Assembly (NCBI GenBank): GCA_045631345.1
Contig: JAZQUP010000004.1
Location: forward strand, 15,727 to 79,726
Source: Candidatus Avispirillum sp.
Lineage (GTDB): Bacteria > Bacillota > Clostridia > Oscillospirales > CAG-272
DNA: 64,000 nucleotides
Reading direction: 5' to 3'
The notes under the pieces are model-generated. The model made no database searches. It saw nothing but the letters and a program-made list of their open reading frames with translations, and was not told the origin of the DNA. This document shows, piece by piece, positions 50,409-60,086 of this stretch (positions within the stretch are counted from its first letter, which is position 1; every line of letters begins with the position of its first letter). The position numbers and the translations under genes are program-made.

Positions 50409-52109
50409 TTATTTAACAAGAAAACGCTTGATCTTCTTGCTGAGTGTTCTTTCGAAATCTTCATGGCGGATTTCGAACTTATTGATGTGCTTATAAGGGG
50501 GAAGTGTGCGGTTGATCTGTGCGATTGCTTCTTTAAGAACAAAGCTGATTGCTGTGTCGGAGGAGCTTTCGCCGAGCACGTCAAGGTTGGGAACGATAAC
50601 TGCTGTGATTGTAACGTTGCTGGATTCTTCGCGACCAACAACAACGCATTCTTTAACAGCATCGATTTTCATCAGATGCTCTTCAAGCTCTTCGGGGAAC
50701 ACATTCTTACCGTTGGAAGCGATGATGATGTTCTTCAGTCGGCCTGTTATTGTGATGTGGCCCTGCTTATTCATCTTTCCAACGTCGCCTGTGCGATACC
50801 ATCCGTCAGATGTAAATGCTGCACGAGTTGCTTCTTCGTTCTTGAAATAGCCAAGCATAACGTTTCCGCCACGAACAAGGATTTCACCTTCGTTGCCTTT
50901 GCCTTCGCCGTCTTCAAGAGGAACAATCTTAACTTCGCAATTGTCAACAGGCTGACCAACGGAATCAAATTTTATATTTCCGGGGCGGTTAACTGCAACG
51001 AGAGGAGAGCATTCTGTAATGCCGTAGCCCTGGTGAACAGTGATACCAAAGGAATAGAAATCACGGAGGATCTGAGGATCGATGGGAGCGCCGCCGCAAA
51101 CGATACTGCGGAGTTCGCCGCCGAAAGCAGCTGTAACTTCAGAGAAAAGCTTAGGTCTCAGGTCAACACCCATCTTCAGCATAGAATCACTGAATGCCAT
51201 ACCTGCACGAACCTTCTTTTCCATGCCTTTGCGCTTGATCTCATCCCAAATTCTCTTATGAACAGTTTCAAGGAAGAGAGGAACGAGAACGAGAGCTGTG
51301 GGCTTATATTCCTTAAAGTTTCTTGTTGCATATCTGAGGCCTTCGCAGATAAACATTGAAGCTCCCTGATTTGAGAGTGCAAGCTGACCTGCGGCAAGCT
51401 CATATGTGTGGTGAATGGGAAGAACAGAAACGAATCTGTCATCCTTGCAGTACTGTGTAGCATTGCAGGATGCATTAATGCAGCAAATAAGATTTGCGTG
51501 AGAGAGCATAACGCCCTTACTTGTTCCTGTTGTGCCTGATGTGAAGAGAAGGATGCTCATTTTTTCCATATCAAGCTCGTTTGTATCAAAGAAGTCTTCG
51601 CCTTCGTCAAGCGCAGCCTGTCCGATTTCAACGATCTTATCAAAAGACATCGCATCATCTTCTTCAGGTGAAATGGGAATATAGTATTCCAAAGGAAGCT
51701 CTTCAGCAATGCCCTTGAACTTCTTGTTGAGGGATGCTGTGTAAACAACAGCAGCGCACTCAGCAATCTTCAAAAAGCCTGTAGCTTCTTTGGCATCAAG
51801 ATCACGGTCAAGAGGAACTGCAACACCGCCTGTAGAAATTATAGCAATAAATGCTGCTGTCCAGTTGGGGTGAGTATCCCCTGAGATAGCAATTGTTTTT
51901 CCGGCAAGGCCGAGCTTATAAAGACCTGTACCGAAAGCTCTTACTGTTTTGTTAAAGTCGCTGTAAGAAACAGAAATATTTTCACCATTCTGCTTGTAGA
52001 TATATAAATCCTTGTCACCGTATGTGTCAGCATTAGACTGAGCCAGCTGGCGAAGAGTTTCAACAAGCTTAGGTTCCTGATAGGGTAAAAGGTTATTGAA
52101 TGTTTTCAT
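50409..52109 (-). CDS. AMP-binding long-chain fatty acid ligase (acyl-CoA/acyl-ACP synthetase)
   Basis: FTSGTTGTSKG, QGYGITE, RTGD.G, GRLKN. Confidence 0.9.
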   Translation of the reverse strand: MKTFNNLLPYQEPKLVETLRQLAQSNADTYGDKDLYIYKQNGENISVSYSDFNKTVRAFGTGLYKLGLAGKTIAISGDTHPNWTAAFIAIISTGGVAVPLDRDLDAKEATGFLKIAECAAVVYTASLNKKFKGIAEELPLEYYIPISPEEDDAMSFDKIVEIGQAALDEGEDFFDTNELDMEKMSILLFTSGTTGTSKGVMLSHANLICCINASCNATQYCKDDRFVSVLPIHHTYELAAGQLALSNQGASMFICEGLRYATRNFKEYKPTALVLVPLFLETVHKRIWDEIKRKGMEKKVRAGMAFSDSMLKMGVDLRPKLFSEVTAAFGGELRSIVCGGAPIDPQILRDFYSFGITVHQGYGITECSPLVAVNRPGNIKFDSVGQPVDNCEVKIVPLEDGEGKGNEGEILVRGGNVMLGYFKNEEATRAAFTSDGWYRTGDVGKMNKQGHITITGRLKNIIIASNGKNVFPEELEEHLMKIDAVKECVVVGREESSNVTITAVIVPNLDVLGESSSDTAISFVLKEAIAQINRTLPPYKHINKFEIRHEDFERTLSKKIKRFLVK

Positions 52110-52222
52110 AAATTGAAATCAATCCTTCCTTTCATTTGCAAATATTTTTGCAAATGGTGTTTGAAAGCGGCAAGATGTACAGTGTCGAAAAAACACTTAT
52201 CCACCATTGCACATATATAAGT

Positions 52223-52251
52223 ATTATAAGTGATTATTTCTTTTATGTCAA
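52223..52251 (-). promoter_or_regulatory. sigma-A promoter of ligase-ACP operon
   Basis: Minus strand TTGACA-17 nt-TATAAT. Confidence 0.85.
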
Positions 52252-52284
52252 GGATAAAGTATCAAAAATATCTCATAACCTCAC

Positions 52285-52313
52285 TTGACATTCATAACAC
52301 AAGAAAATATAAT
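52285..52313 (+). promoter_or_regulatory. sigma-A promoter of GNAT operon
   Basis: TTGACA-17 nt-TATAAT. Confidence 0.85.
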
Positions 52314-52333
52314 AAATTTGAGGTAATATTATA

Positions 52334-53089
52334 ATGAACGTAATTGTAAAATTTATAACTTCTCCTTTTGGAGAATATCTTGAGGGCATAGTAAATCTAT
52401 GGAAAAATGTCTTTGGAGACAGTGAAGAATTTGTGCTGAATATAATGTCATCAAAAAGCTATATTGGTGCGGCAATTGCTTTAATGGATGATAAGTTGGT
52501 CGGAATGGCTCATCTTCTTGGGCTTGAGGGAGAGATCAAGGCTTTTTATTGTTATGCTGTTGCAACAAGCGAGGAGTATCGTGGCAAAGGAATTTGCAAA
52601 AATATGATGATGTATCTTAAGGATAAATGCGCAGAAGAAAACGCATCATTGCTGCTCCATCCCGCTGAAAAATCTCTTGTAGCATTTTATGAGAAGCTTG
52701 GTTTTTCAGTGTTTTCATATGACTATGAATTTGCCTGTCAGGGAGATGGCGGAAAGCTGTATGAAATATCTCCTTCAGAATATAAATTGCAAAGAGATTT
52801 TCAGCTTGGAGGTAAAGGATTTTTTGGATGGGATGAGAATGTGCTATCTTTGTCCGGGCTGAAATTCTATGGGTTTGATATTGACGGTGAGTATATGTGT
52901 GCCGCGGTATCCGAGGCAAAGGTATGCGAATTGTGTGCTCCGCCTCATATGCTTAGTAAAGCTGCAAGACGAGCGGCAAACATCGTTGGAAAAGTGGTTA
53001 TGGAAGAAGCAAATCCCCTTGGTGCAGAGGTGTCAGTTATGGGGTATAACGTTTCAAATTATAGTTATTTTAATTTATATCTTGATTAA
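52334..53089 (+). CDS. GNAT family N-acyltransferase
   Basis: AVATSEEYRGKGI acetyl-CoA motif A; FYEKLGF. Confidence 0.85.
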   Translation: MNVIVKFITSPFGEYLEGIVNLWKNVFGDSEEFVLNIMSSKSYIGAAIALMDDKLVGMAHLLGLEGEIKAFYCYAVATSEEYRGKGICKNMMMYLKDKCAEENASLLLHPAEKSLVAFYEKLGFSVFSYDYEFACQGDGGKLYEISPSEYKLQRDFQLGGKGFFGWDENVLSLSGLKFYGFDIDGEYMCAAVSEAKVCELCAPPHMLSKAARRAANIVGKVVMEEANPLGAEVSVMGYNVSNYSYFNLYLD

Positions 53090-53106
53090 AACAGAGGAAT
53101 TTTCAA

Positions 53107-53820
53107 ATGAACATCCTTGTAACAGGCGGAAGCCGAGGAATAGGCGCCGCTATAGTGAAATACTTCAGTGAAAAAGGCAACAAAGTTGCTTTTGTTTATA
53201 ATAAAAATGATGAGGCAGCAGAACGTGTTTCAAAGGAAAGCGGAGCATATAAAATAAAGGCTGACATATCTGATTTCGGTGCAGCTGAGCTTGCGTATGC
53301 CCAAGCAGAAAAGCACCTTGGCGGAGTTGATGTACTGGTAAATTGCGCAGGTATTGCGCTTATTTCACAGATATGCGATACTAACGCAGAATTGTGGCAT
53401 AAGGTTGTAAACACAAATCTTACAAGCGCGTATGCAATGAGCAAAGCTGCTTCAGTAGAAATGGTGCGAAGAAAGAAGGGCTCCATTATCAATATCGGTT
53501 CGGTATGGGGCAGAGTTGGCGCATCCTGTGAGAGCGCATATAGCGCTTCCAAAGCAGGTTTGAGAGGCTTAACAATGTCTCTTGCTAAAGAACTGGCTTT
53601 GTCAGGAGTTCGTGTAAATTGCGTTGAGCCCGGCGTGATTGATACAGAGATGAACCAAATGCTCGGAGAAGAAACCATTTTGGCAATCTGTGAGGAGATT
53701 CCTCTTGGCAGACTTGGCAGAGCGCAGGAGGTTGCGGAGCTTGTAGGATTTCTTGCAAGTGAAGGAGCAGAATATATAACAGGACAGATCATTGGTATAG
53801 ACGGTGGTTTTGGTCTTTAA
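53107..53820 (+). CDS. FabG-like short-chain dehydrogenase (YmfI-like)
   Basis: TGGSRGIG, NCAG, YSASK; 'S.WG..GASCE..YS' resembles B. subtilis YmfI. Confidence 0.85.
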   Translation: MNILVTGGSRGIGAAIVKYFSEKGNKVAFVYNKNDEAAERVSKESGAYKIKADISDFGAAELAYAQAEKHLGGVDVLVNCAGIALISQICDTNAELWHKVVNTNLTSAYAMSKAASVEMVRRKKGSIINIGSVWGRVGASCESAYSASKAGLRGLTMSLAKELALSGVRVNCVEPGVIDTEMNQMLGEETILAICEEIPLGRLGRAQEVAELVGFLASEGAEYITGQIIGIDGGFGL

Positions 53821-53843
53821 GCAGAAAGGATTGATCAGCAATT

Positions 53844-55337
53844 ATGAAAAGAATTCTGTGTTCAAGAAGAATGAAGGCTTGCGACAGAAGAGAAATTGAA
53901 ACAAGAACCCCTTCTGCAGTTTTGATGGAAAAAGCAGCAAAAGCTGTTTACGACATATTGAAAGAAAGATTTGACCTCAGCCGAGCGCTGTTTGTTTGTG
54001 GTGGAGGTAATAATGGCGGTGATGGCCTTGTTGCCGCAAAGCTTTGTGCCTTTGATGGAAATGAGGTTCATATTTTGTTTTGCGGAAGTGAGGATGCGTG
54101 CACAGCCGAAACTTCTCGCAGATTGGCAGAAGCCAAATCAGCAGGTATAAAGTTTATTTCGGCGTTTGACGAAAACTATACAGTAATAGTTGACGCTATG
54201 TTTGGTATAGGTCTTTCAAGAGAGATAGACGGGGAAAATGCAGAGATTATTTCAGAAATAAATCGTAGTCGTGCGAAGGTGCTTTCTATAGATATACCTT
54301 CAGGTGTATGTGCTGATAATGGTGAAATCCTTGGGTGCGCGGTTAAAGCCGATGAAACTGTTGCAATTCAGGCGTTTAAAAGAGGACATTTTCTTGGGGA
54401 CGGCGTAGAATATTGTGGAAAGCTCACTTGTGTTGATATAGGAATATCTTGTGCCGGTGCCGAAGGATTTGAGGGTGAGGGTGATATTGTACCCTATGTT
54501 CTTGTTGAAAATGATATTCAGCTTTTGTCAAAAAGAAAAAAAGATTCCAATAAAGGAACCTACGGAAGAGCAGTTATAGTTGGTGGCGCTCCCGGAATGT
54601 GCGGAGCAGTTTATCTTTCTGCGCTTGCCGCATATAGAAGCGGAGCAGGGCTTGTTGAAATATTCACAGCTGAAGAAAACAGGATCCCGCTTCAAATGCT
54701 TATTCCTGAGGCAATCGTTACAACAACTAATTGGGACGAGCCTGATACAGAAAAGCTTGTAGAAGCACTTGATAGAGCAAGAGTTGTATGTGTAGGTCCC
54801 GGAATGAGCATGGGCACAGGAGCTGTTAAAATTCTTTCGGCGGTATATGGTAATGTCAAAGTGTCTCTTATTGTTGATGCGGATGCACTTAATCTTACAG
54901 CAAAATTTGGCCTTGAATATCCAGTTGGAGTTCCTACAATTGTAACACCTCATCCGCTTGAGCTTTCAAGGCTTTGCGGCAAAGCTGTTGAAGAAATAAA
55001 AGCAGATTTATGGCAGTCTGCAAAGGACTATGCAGATAATCATCATGTTGTTTGTGTTGCAAAGGATCATCATACTGTAATTGCGCATAAAACAAATATC
55101 TTTGTTAATGCAAGCGGAACTCCTGCTCTTGCAAAGGGTGGAAGCGGAGATGTGCTTTGTGGAGTTATTGCAGGACTTCGCTGTGGAGGACTTTCCATGC
55201 TGGGTGCTGCGTCTCTCGGTGTATATATACATGGCCTTGCAGGCGAGAAGGCTGAGGAGAAGTATGGTGAAAATGCCCCTCTTGCCCATGAGGTTGCAAA
55301 CCTTGTAGGAGAGGTGCTTAGAGAGGCGGGAAGATAA
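53844..55337 (+). CDS. nnr: bifunctional NAD(P)HX epimerase/dehydratase
   Basis: G.GNNGGDG, DIPSG, NKG.YG, GPG, VDADAL, TPH..EL, GSGDVL. Confidence 0.93.
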   Translation: MKRILCSRRMKACDRREIETRTPSAVLMEKAAKAVYDILKERFDLSRALFVCGGGNNGGDGLVAAKLCAFDGNEVHILFCGSEDACTAETSRRLAEAKSAGIKFISAFDENYTVIVDAMFGIGLSREIDGENAEIISEINRSRAKVLSIDIPSGVCADNGEILGCAVKADETVAIQAFKRGHFLGDGVEYCGKLTCVDIGISCAGAEGFEGEGDIVPYVLVENDIQLLSKRKKDSNKGTYGRAVIVGGAPGMCGAVYLSALAAYRSGAGLVEIFTAEENRIPLQMLIPEAIVTTTNWDEPDTEKLVEALDRARVVCVGPGMSMGTGAVKILSAVYGNVKVSLIVDADALNLTAKFGLEYPVGVPTIVTPHPLELSRLCGKAVEEIKADLWQSAKDYADNHHVVCVAKDHHTVIAHKTNIFVNASGTPALAKGGSGDVLCGVIAGLRCGGLSMLGAASLGVYIHGLAGEKAEEKYGENAPLAHEVANLVGEVLREAGR

Positions 55338-55807
55338 TGGCAGCTTTCAAAACAAATGCAATGCGTATTCTTGAAAGAAATAAGATTGCGTATTATCATT
55401 ATGAATATGACGCTGAAGAAACTGACGGTGTAAAAGTTGCGGCTTTGGTCAGTCAGGATGCAGAAAGAGTTTTCAAAACTCTTGTAACTGTGTCTGCAAA
55501 AGGAAATAACTATGTATTTGTTGTTCCTGTAGGAGAAACTCTGGATTTAAAAAAAGCGGCAGCGGCTGTTGGCGAAAAGTCCATTGCAATGATAAAGCAG
55601 AAGGAGCTTCTCGGACTTACAGGGTATATTCATGGAGGATGTTCTCCTGTTGGAATGAAAAAACTTTTCCCAACAATGATCCACGAAAGCGCACAGAAAT
55701 TTGAAAATATCTGCGTTTCGGCTGGGCAGAGAGGTCACCAGATTGATGTACCTGTTGCTTCACTTGCTAAGGTGGTAAATGCTAAGTTTGGAGATATAAT
55801 CGTATAA
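55337..55807 (+). CDS. ybaK: Cys-tRNA(Pro) deacylase
   Basis: KTNAMR.L, VFKTLV, TGYIHGGCSP.G, SAG.RG. Confidence 0.93.
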   Translation: MAAFKTNAMRILERNKIAYYHYEYDAEETDGVKVAALVSQDAERVFKTLVTVSAKGNNYVFVVPVGETLDLKKAAAAVGEKSIAMIKQKELLGLTGYIHGGCSPVGMKKLFPTMIHESAQKFENICVSAGQRGHQIDVPVASLAKVVNAKFGDIIV

Positions 55808-55837
55808 AAAAAGCCCGATTTGATCGGGCTTTTTTTG
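55806..55837. terminator. bidirectional terminator
   Basis: AAAAAAGCCCGAT-TTG-ATCGGGCTTTTTT. Confidence 0.88.
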
Positions 55838-57937
55838 TTAATTGAAATCAAAAACAACTTTATCTCCGTCAAGCTTAAGAGCTCCATCAAAAGGTTTGTC
55901 ATTTTTTGAAATAAAACCTTTAAGTTTAGCAGTTTTTCCTGTTTCAAGCAGCTCTCGTGCGGCAGAAATAGGAATGATTCGTTTGCAAATTTCAAGGCTA
56001 ATTTTGAATTTGCAGCCTTCTTTATAACCCATGCATCCATAGTTGTATCTGCCTCTTACAACGTTGTTTTGACAGATTGGACATTTTCCAACTATCTCTC
56101 CTGCAACACCCATATCACGATCTTCATCGGGGGGGAGAGGAGTCTGATTGAAAACTTCACTGATCTCATCTTCGGCAAGTTTAACGCAGTCGGTAACTGT
56201 TATTTCATTTCGGTAAACCTTTTTCAGCGCTCGGCCCAGATGAGCGGTTTTCTCTTTTTCCATATTGATGCCGAGGCGTTGAAGCGTTTCAATCAGGAAT
56301 ATACCGCCGTTTAAAATATAATAGCTGTTGTTTTTCAGCTCAATATATCCTGAGTCTTCAGCATTTCTTATAATGCCTGTTCGTGTTGCTTCTGTACCAA
56401 TTTCAACACCTTCAAAAATAGCCTTGTATTCCTCCATATCATCCTCGTTTTCGCTGTCCTGAGCGGCAGCCTTCAGATCACGATATGGATTTTTTAAAAA
56501 GTTATTGAGAGTTTCAACCGTATAGTGCTTAGGCGGAGAGGTTTCTTTTTCTTTTGGTTGAAAATCTGTGTTAACCTTATCTCCCTTTTTTAGATTAGGA
56601 AGAACTTTATTTTTTGATGGCGGATCTTCAAATTTTGTCCAACCCTTTTCAAGAATGATAGTTCCTTTGAGGGTGAATTCTTCATAATCTCCAACTTTCA
56701 CCTTTATCTCTGTTTTTTGAGCAACGCAATCTTCAGAGCAGAAAACAGCAACAAAGCGACGAAAAACAGTTTGATAAACTTTGTATTCATCTTCAGTTAA
56801 TGAATCCTTTTTTGGAATTTTAAAAGTTGGAGTCAGGGCAGAGTGAGATTCAATTTTTGCATCGTCAAAAATTGTTTTCTTATCCTTGAATTTAACAGGA
56901 TAACCAACAGCGGCGATATTTTCTATAATTTTAGCAATCTTACTTTTTTCAGCGGTTGCAAGATATTCTGAGTTGGTTCTGGGATATGTAAGGTATCCCT
57001 TTTCGTAAAGGTCCTGAACGATCTTCAGGGACTCGTCCATAGACATTTTATATTTTTTGCCAAGCAGGTTTTGTAGCTTGGAAAGAGAGAAAAGCTTGCC
57101 GGGATTTAGAGTGTCTTTTCTTGTGGTTTTTTCGGTAACTATAGCGTCGCAGGCGTTGTAAGCGGCGCAGCATCTATTGGCTTTTTCAAGCTCCTCCTTT
57201 GCATATTTGCGAGTGCTGACAAGTTCAATTTCTTCGCCGTCTGTAACTGCTTTACTTATGATTCCGTAATACGTGGTAGGAACAAAGTTGCGAATAGCCA
57301 TATCTCGGTCATATATGGCTTTAACGATCGGGATAATAACTCTGCCAACACGCAGTAGCGCTCCGGATTTGAGAGTTGCATATCTCGTGAGATTAATACC
57401 GTATAACCAATCCACATATGTTCTTGAAAAGCCTTCAGAGGCAAGATTGTTATAGCCGTTGCTTTCCCTCAGCTGAGAAAGCTCAGCTTGAATAGTTTCT
57501 TTTGTCTGGTCAGGTAACCATAATCTGTATAATTCTTTAGGGCTTTTCAGAGCGTTCTGTATGCATAGGCGGATGATAATTTCACCTTCACGGTCTGCGT
57601 CTCCCGCATTAACTATTTTATCAACATCATTTCGGTTGCAAAGGTGTTCTATAACAGAAAATTGCTTTGCTACACCGGGATCAACAGCCTTGGTTTTTGC
57701 TTTTGTTCTCAGCTTATATCGGAATTCTTTCGGATAGAAGGGAAGATTATCCAGTTTCCAACGAACATTTTCTTCGCCTGTGTAGTCTTCAAGATCGCAA
57801 AGCTGAAAAAGATGTCCAAGCGCCCAGCTAACAATGTATCCATCGCCTTCATAATAGCCGTCACGTTTTTTCATATTGCCTATGGCATCGCAAATGTTTC
57901 GTGCCAAGCTGGGCTTTTCTGCAATTATCAAAATCAT
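55838..57937 (-). CDS. type IA DNA topoisomerase (TopB-like)
   Basis: IAEKPS, DADREGE, TYPRT (catalytic Tyr), GTEATR; C-terminal zinc-ribbon/topo C-repeat. Confidence 0.9.
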   Translation of the reverse strand: MILIIAEKPSLARNICDAIGNMKKRDGYYEGDGYIVSWALGHLFQLCDLEDYTGEENVRWKLDNLPFYPKEFRYKLRTKAKTKAVDPGVAKQFSVIEHLCNRNDVDKIVNAGDADREGEIIIRLCIQNALKSPKELYRLWLPDQTKETIQAELSQLRESNGYNNLASEGFSRTYVDWLYGINLTRYATLKSGALLRVGRVIIPIVKAIYDRDMAIRNFVPTTYYGIISKAVTDGEEIELVSTRKYAKEELEKANRCCAAYNACDAIVTEKTTRKDTLNPGKLFSLSKLQNLLGKKYKMSMDESLKIVQDLYEKGYLTYPRTNSEYLATAEKSKIAKIIENIAAVGYPVKFKDKKTIFDDAKIESHSALTPTFKIPKKDSLTEDEYKVYQTVFRRFVAVFCSEDCVAQKTEIKVKVGDYEEFTLKGTIILEKGWTKFEDPPSKNKVLPNLKKGDKVNTDFQPKEKETSPPKHYTVETLNNFLKNPYRDLKAAAQDSENEDDMEEYKAIFEGVEIGTEATRTGIIRNAEDSGYIELKNNSYYILNGGIFLIETLQRLGINMEKEKTAHLGRALKKVYRNEITVTDCVKLAEDEISEVFNQTPLPPDEDRDMGVAGEIVGKCPICQNNVVRGRYNYGCMGYKEGCKFKISLEICKRIIPISAARELLETGKTAKLKGFISKNDKPFDGALKLDGDKVVFDFN

Positions 57938-57964
57938 CGGGTAATCCTCCTTTCAGTTTTTTAC

Positions 57965-57998
57965 AAAGAAGAAATCCGCTTTTGCGGATTTCTTTTCT
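57965..57998 (-). terminator. terminator-like hairpin between panK and topoisomerase
   Basis: AAGAAATCCGC-TTTT-GCGGATTTCTT. Confidence 0.65.
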
Positions 57999-58001
57999 AT
58001 T

Positions 58002-58859
58002 TTATTTTTCAGAACGTTCAATATCGCATCCTGCAAGCGCTGCACCGATAACAGTTCCGAACTGTGCGTATTTGGGGATAATAAAATTCATATTGAACAT
58101 ACGGTTGAGGTTTTCAAAAACTTCCTTTGCCTGAGGAACGTTTGTAAGATTTCCTGTAAGCACTATGTTTTTAATATCAAAGTTTCTTGCTGCGAAAACG
58201 CTGACCATGCCCACTGTTTCAAAAACCATATTTATAAGGCCAAGTGCTATATCACTTTTAGTGGCGAGATCACTCAGCTTACCGAAATTGGAGGCGGTCA
58301 TAACGTCACTATACCCGGGAACAATATCCTGGCGTGAAATATCGCTTATTTTAAGGTCAATGTTATGAATATCACCTTCTTTGGCAAGATCAGCAATATG
58401 TTCAATGTTGTTCATTCCAAGAAGCTGCTTGGAAAGGCCCAGCAGAGTACCTCCGCCAACACCGGTACCACCGAGATACTGAGGTTCTTTTCCGTTTTCT
58501 GCGTAAACAAGAGCTGTACCGGTTCCCATACTTACAATCAGAGATTTATCATATTCTGAAAGATAAAGTCCGCCAAGTCCTATAGAGCGGAATTCTTTAA
58601 TAGTTTCGCATTTGAGGGAGTAAATGTTTTTGGTAACATATGAAGAACCAACACCTGTTATCATAACTCTTGCTATATCGGAAAGCTCAAGGTTGTTTAT
58701 ATCAGTAAACTTACCGAAAGCTCCGTATATGGAGGTTATAGGGTCAGTTGCACGAACAAAAATAGGTTCAATAAGCACGTTTGTTTCACCGCTGATATCA
58801 AAACCAACTATTTTTGTTGTGCTTCCGCCAACATCAATTCCTATAACTATTTTTTTCAT
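58002..58859 (-). CDS. coaW: type II pantothenate kinase (CoaW-like)
   Basis: GIDVGGSTTK, TGVG, EF, S.GTGT, GGTGVGGGT, ASNFG. Confidence 0.82.
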   Translation of the reverse strand: MKKIVIGIDVGGSTTKIVGFDISGETNVLIEPIFVRATDPITSIYGAFGKFTDINNLELSDIARVMITGVGSSYVTKNIYSLKCETIKEFRSIGLGGLYLSEYDKSLIVSMGTGTALVYAENGKEPQYLGGTGVGGGTLLGLSKQLLGMNNIEHIADLAKEGDIHNIDLKISDISRQDIVPGYSDVMTASNFGKLSDLATKSDIALGLINMVFETVGMVSVFAARNFDIKNIVLTGNLTNVPQAKEVFENLNRMFNMNFIIPKYAQFGTVIGAALAGCDIERSEK

Positions 58860-58876
58860 ACCAATAACCAAACCTT

Positions 58877-60085
58877 TCAGTTATAAAGCTCTCCAAAAAC
58901 ATTTTTGCAAAGCTCCTGTAAATAAGATAGTGAAAATGAGGAGTCTGAATAGACTATTTCGTTTTGAGAGGCAAGCTCTTCGGTGTAATCTGAAAGCTTG
59001 TAAACTGTGCACTGTCCCTCTCCACTTTTAACGTGTGAAACAATGGGGATAATACCATAGTCTGTGATTTCTGCACTATCCTCAGTCTTAGTAATTGTTA
59101 TATCTGCGAGAACGCCAAGCATTCTGTTGGCAATTCCTTTTCCTTTTTGGGCAGTAGAGTTAATATAGTTTCCGATAGAGTAGTATACAAGCATAGAGTG
59201 CTCGTCATTTTCTATCAGCTCTACAGGCTCAACAACGTGGGGATGAGTTCCGATAACAAGATCAACGCCCGCTTCAAAAAAGATGTTAGCCCAATATTTC
59301 TGATTGTTATCTGTTGTAAGAATATATTCCGTTCCCCAATGAGGACAGGCGATAACAAAATCAGCAGATTCTTTAGCCTTGGCAACATCGCTGACGATTC
59401 TGTTTTTATCAAGCAAGTTAACAGAGAATGGCATATCTGATGGAAGCGGAATACCATTTGTTCCATATGTATAATTGAGTATGGCAAATCTTATGCCCTC
59501 TATTTCTGTAATATAGATGCTTTCAGATTTTTCCTTTGTATCAGCGATTCCCAAATATGCAATATGAGGATAGCGTTCTTCCCAAAATGAAATGCAGGAA
59601 AGAAGTCCCTTTTTTCCTTTATCAAGGGCGTGGTTTGTGGCGTGAAGCACAATGTCAAATCCACTTTCAACCAGCGCATCTCCAACCTCATATGCTCCGT
59701 TAAAATTAGGATAGCCTGAAAGACCAAGCTCACGTCCGCCAAGAATAACCTCTTGGTTTACTATTGCCAGATCAGCTCTTTCAATATCCTCTTTAACATT
59801 AGAAAACATATGGTCATAATTGTAGGTTCCGTCGCTCATTTTTCCTGAGGCCGCAACTTTGTCATGAAGAAGAATATCTCCTGCCATAAGAATTGAAACA
59901 ATACCATCGTTTGACGTATCTATCATAGGCTCTGTTTCAGCCTCGGTTTCCACTTCAGTTACAATTTCTGTGATTATTTCTGCTTTAGTTTCTTCGTAAA
60001 CCGTTGAATCAATCGGATCGTCCTCAATCTTCCTGCAACTGCTTAAAATCAGAAGCAGAGCCAGGATAATTGTAAATTTTTTCAT
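58877..60085 (-). CDS. CapA/PGA_cap metallophosphatase-family lipoprotein
   Basis: Lipobox LSSC; AGD, N.E, ATNH..D, HWG.EY, G.HPHV, YS.GN. Confidence 0.88.
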   Translation of the reverse strand: MKKFTIILALLLILSSCRKIEDDPIDSTVYEETKAEIITEIVTEVETEAETEPMIDTSNDGIVSILMAGDILLHDKVAASGKMSDGTYNYDHMFSNVKEDIERADLAIVNQEVILGGRELGLSGYPNFNGAYEVGDALVESGFDIVLHATNHALDKGKKGLLSCISFWEERYPHIAYLGIADTKEKSESIYITEIEGIRFAILNYTYGTNGIPLPSDMPFSVNLLDKNRIVSDVAKAKESADFVIACPHWGTEYILTTDNNQKYWANIFFEAGVDLVIGTHPHVVEPVELIENDEHSMLVYYSIGNYINSTAQKGKGIANRMLGVLADITITKTEDSAEITDYGIIPIVSHVKSGEGQCTVYKLSDYTEELASQNEIVYSDSSFSLSYLQELCKNVFGELYN

Positions 60086-60086
60086 C

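Noticed and set aside
50463..51359. 298-aa antisense ORF over the acyl ligase
   Set aside because: Shadow of a well-supported gene on the opposite strand
58877..60085. Poly-gamma-glutamate capsule locus
   Set aside because: Only a CapA-domain gene; capB and capC are absent, and stand-alone CapA proteins are common
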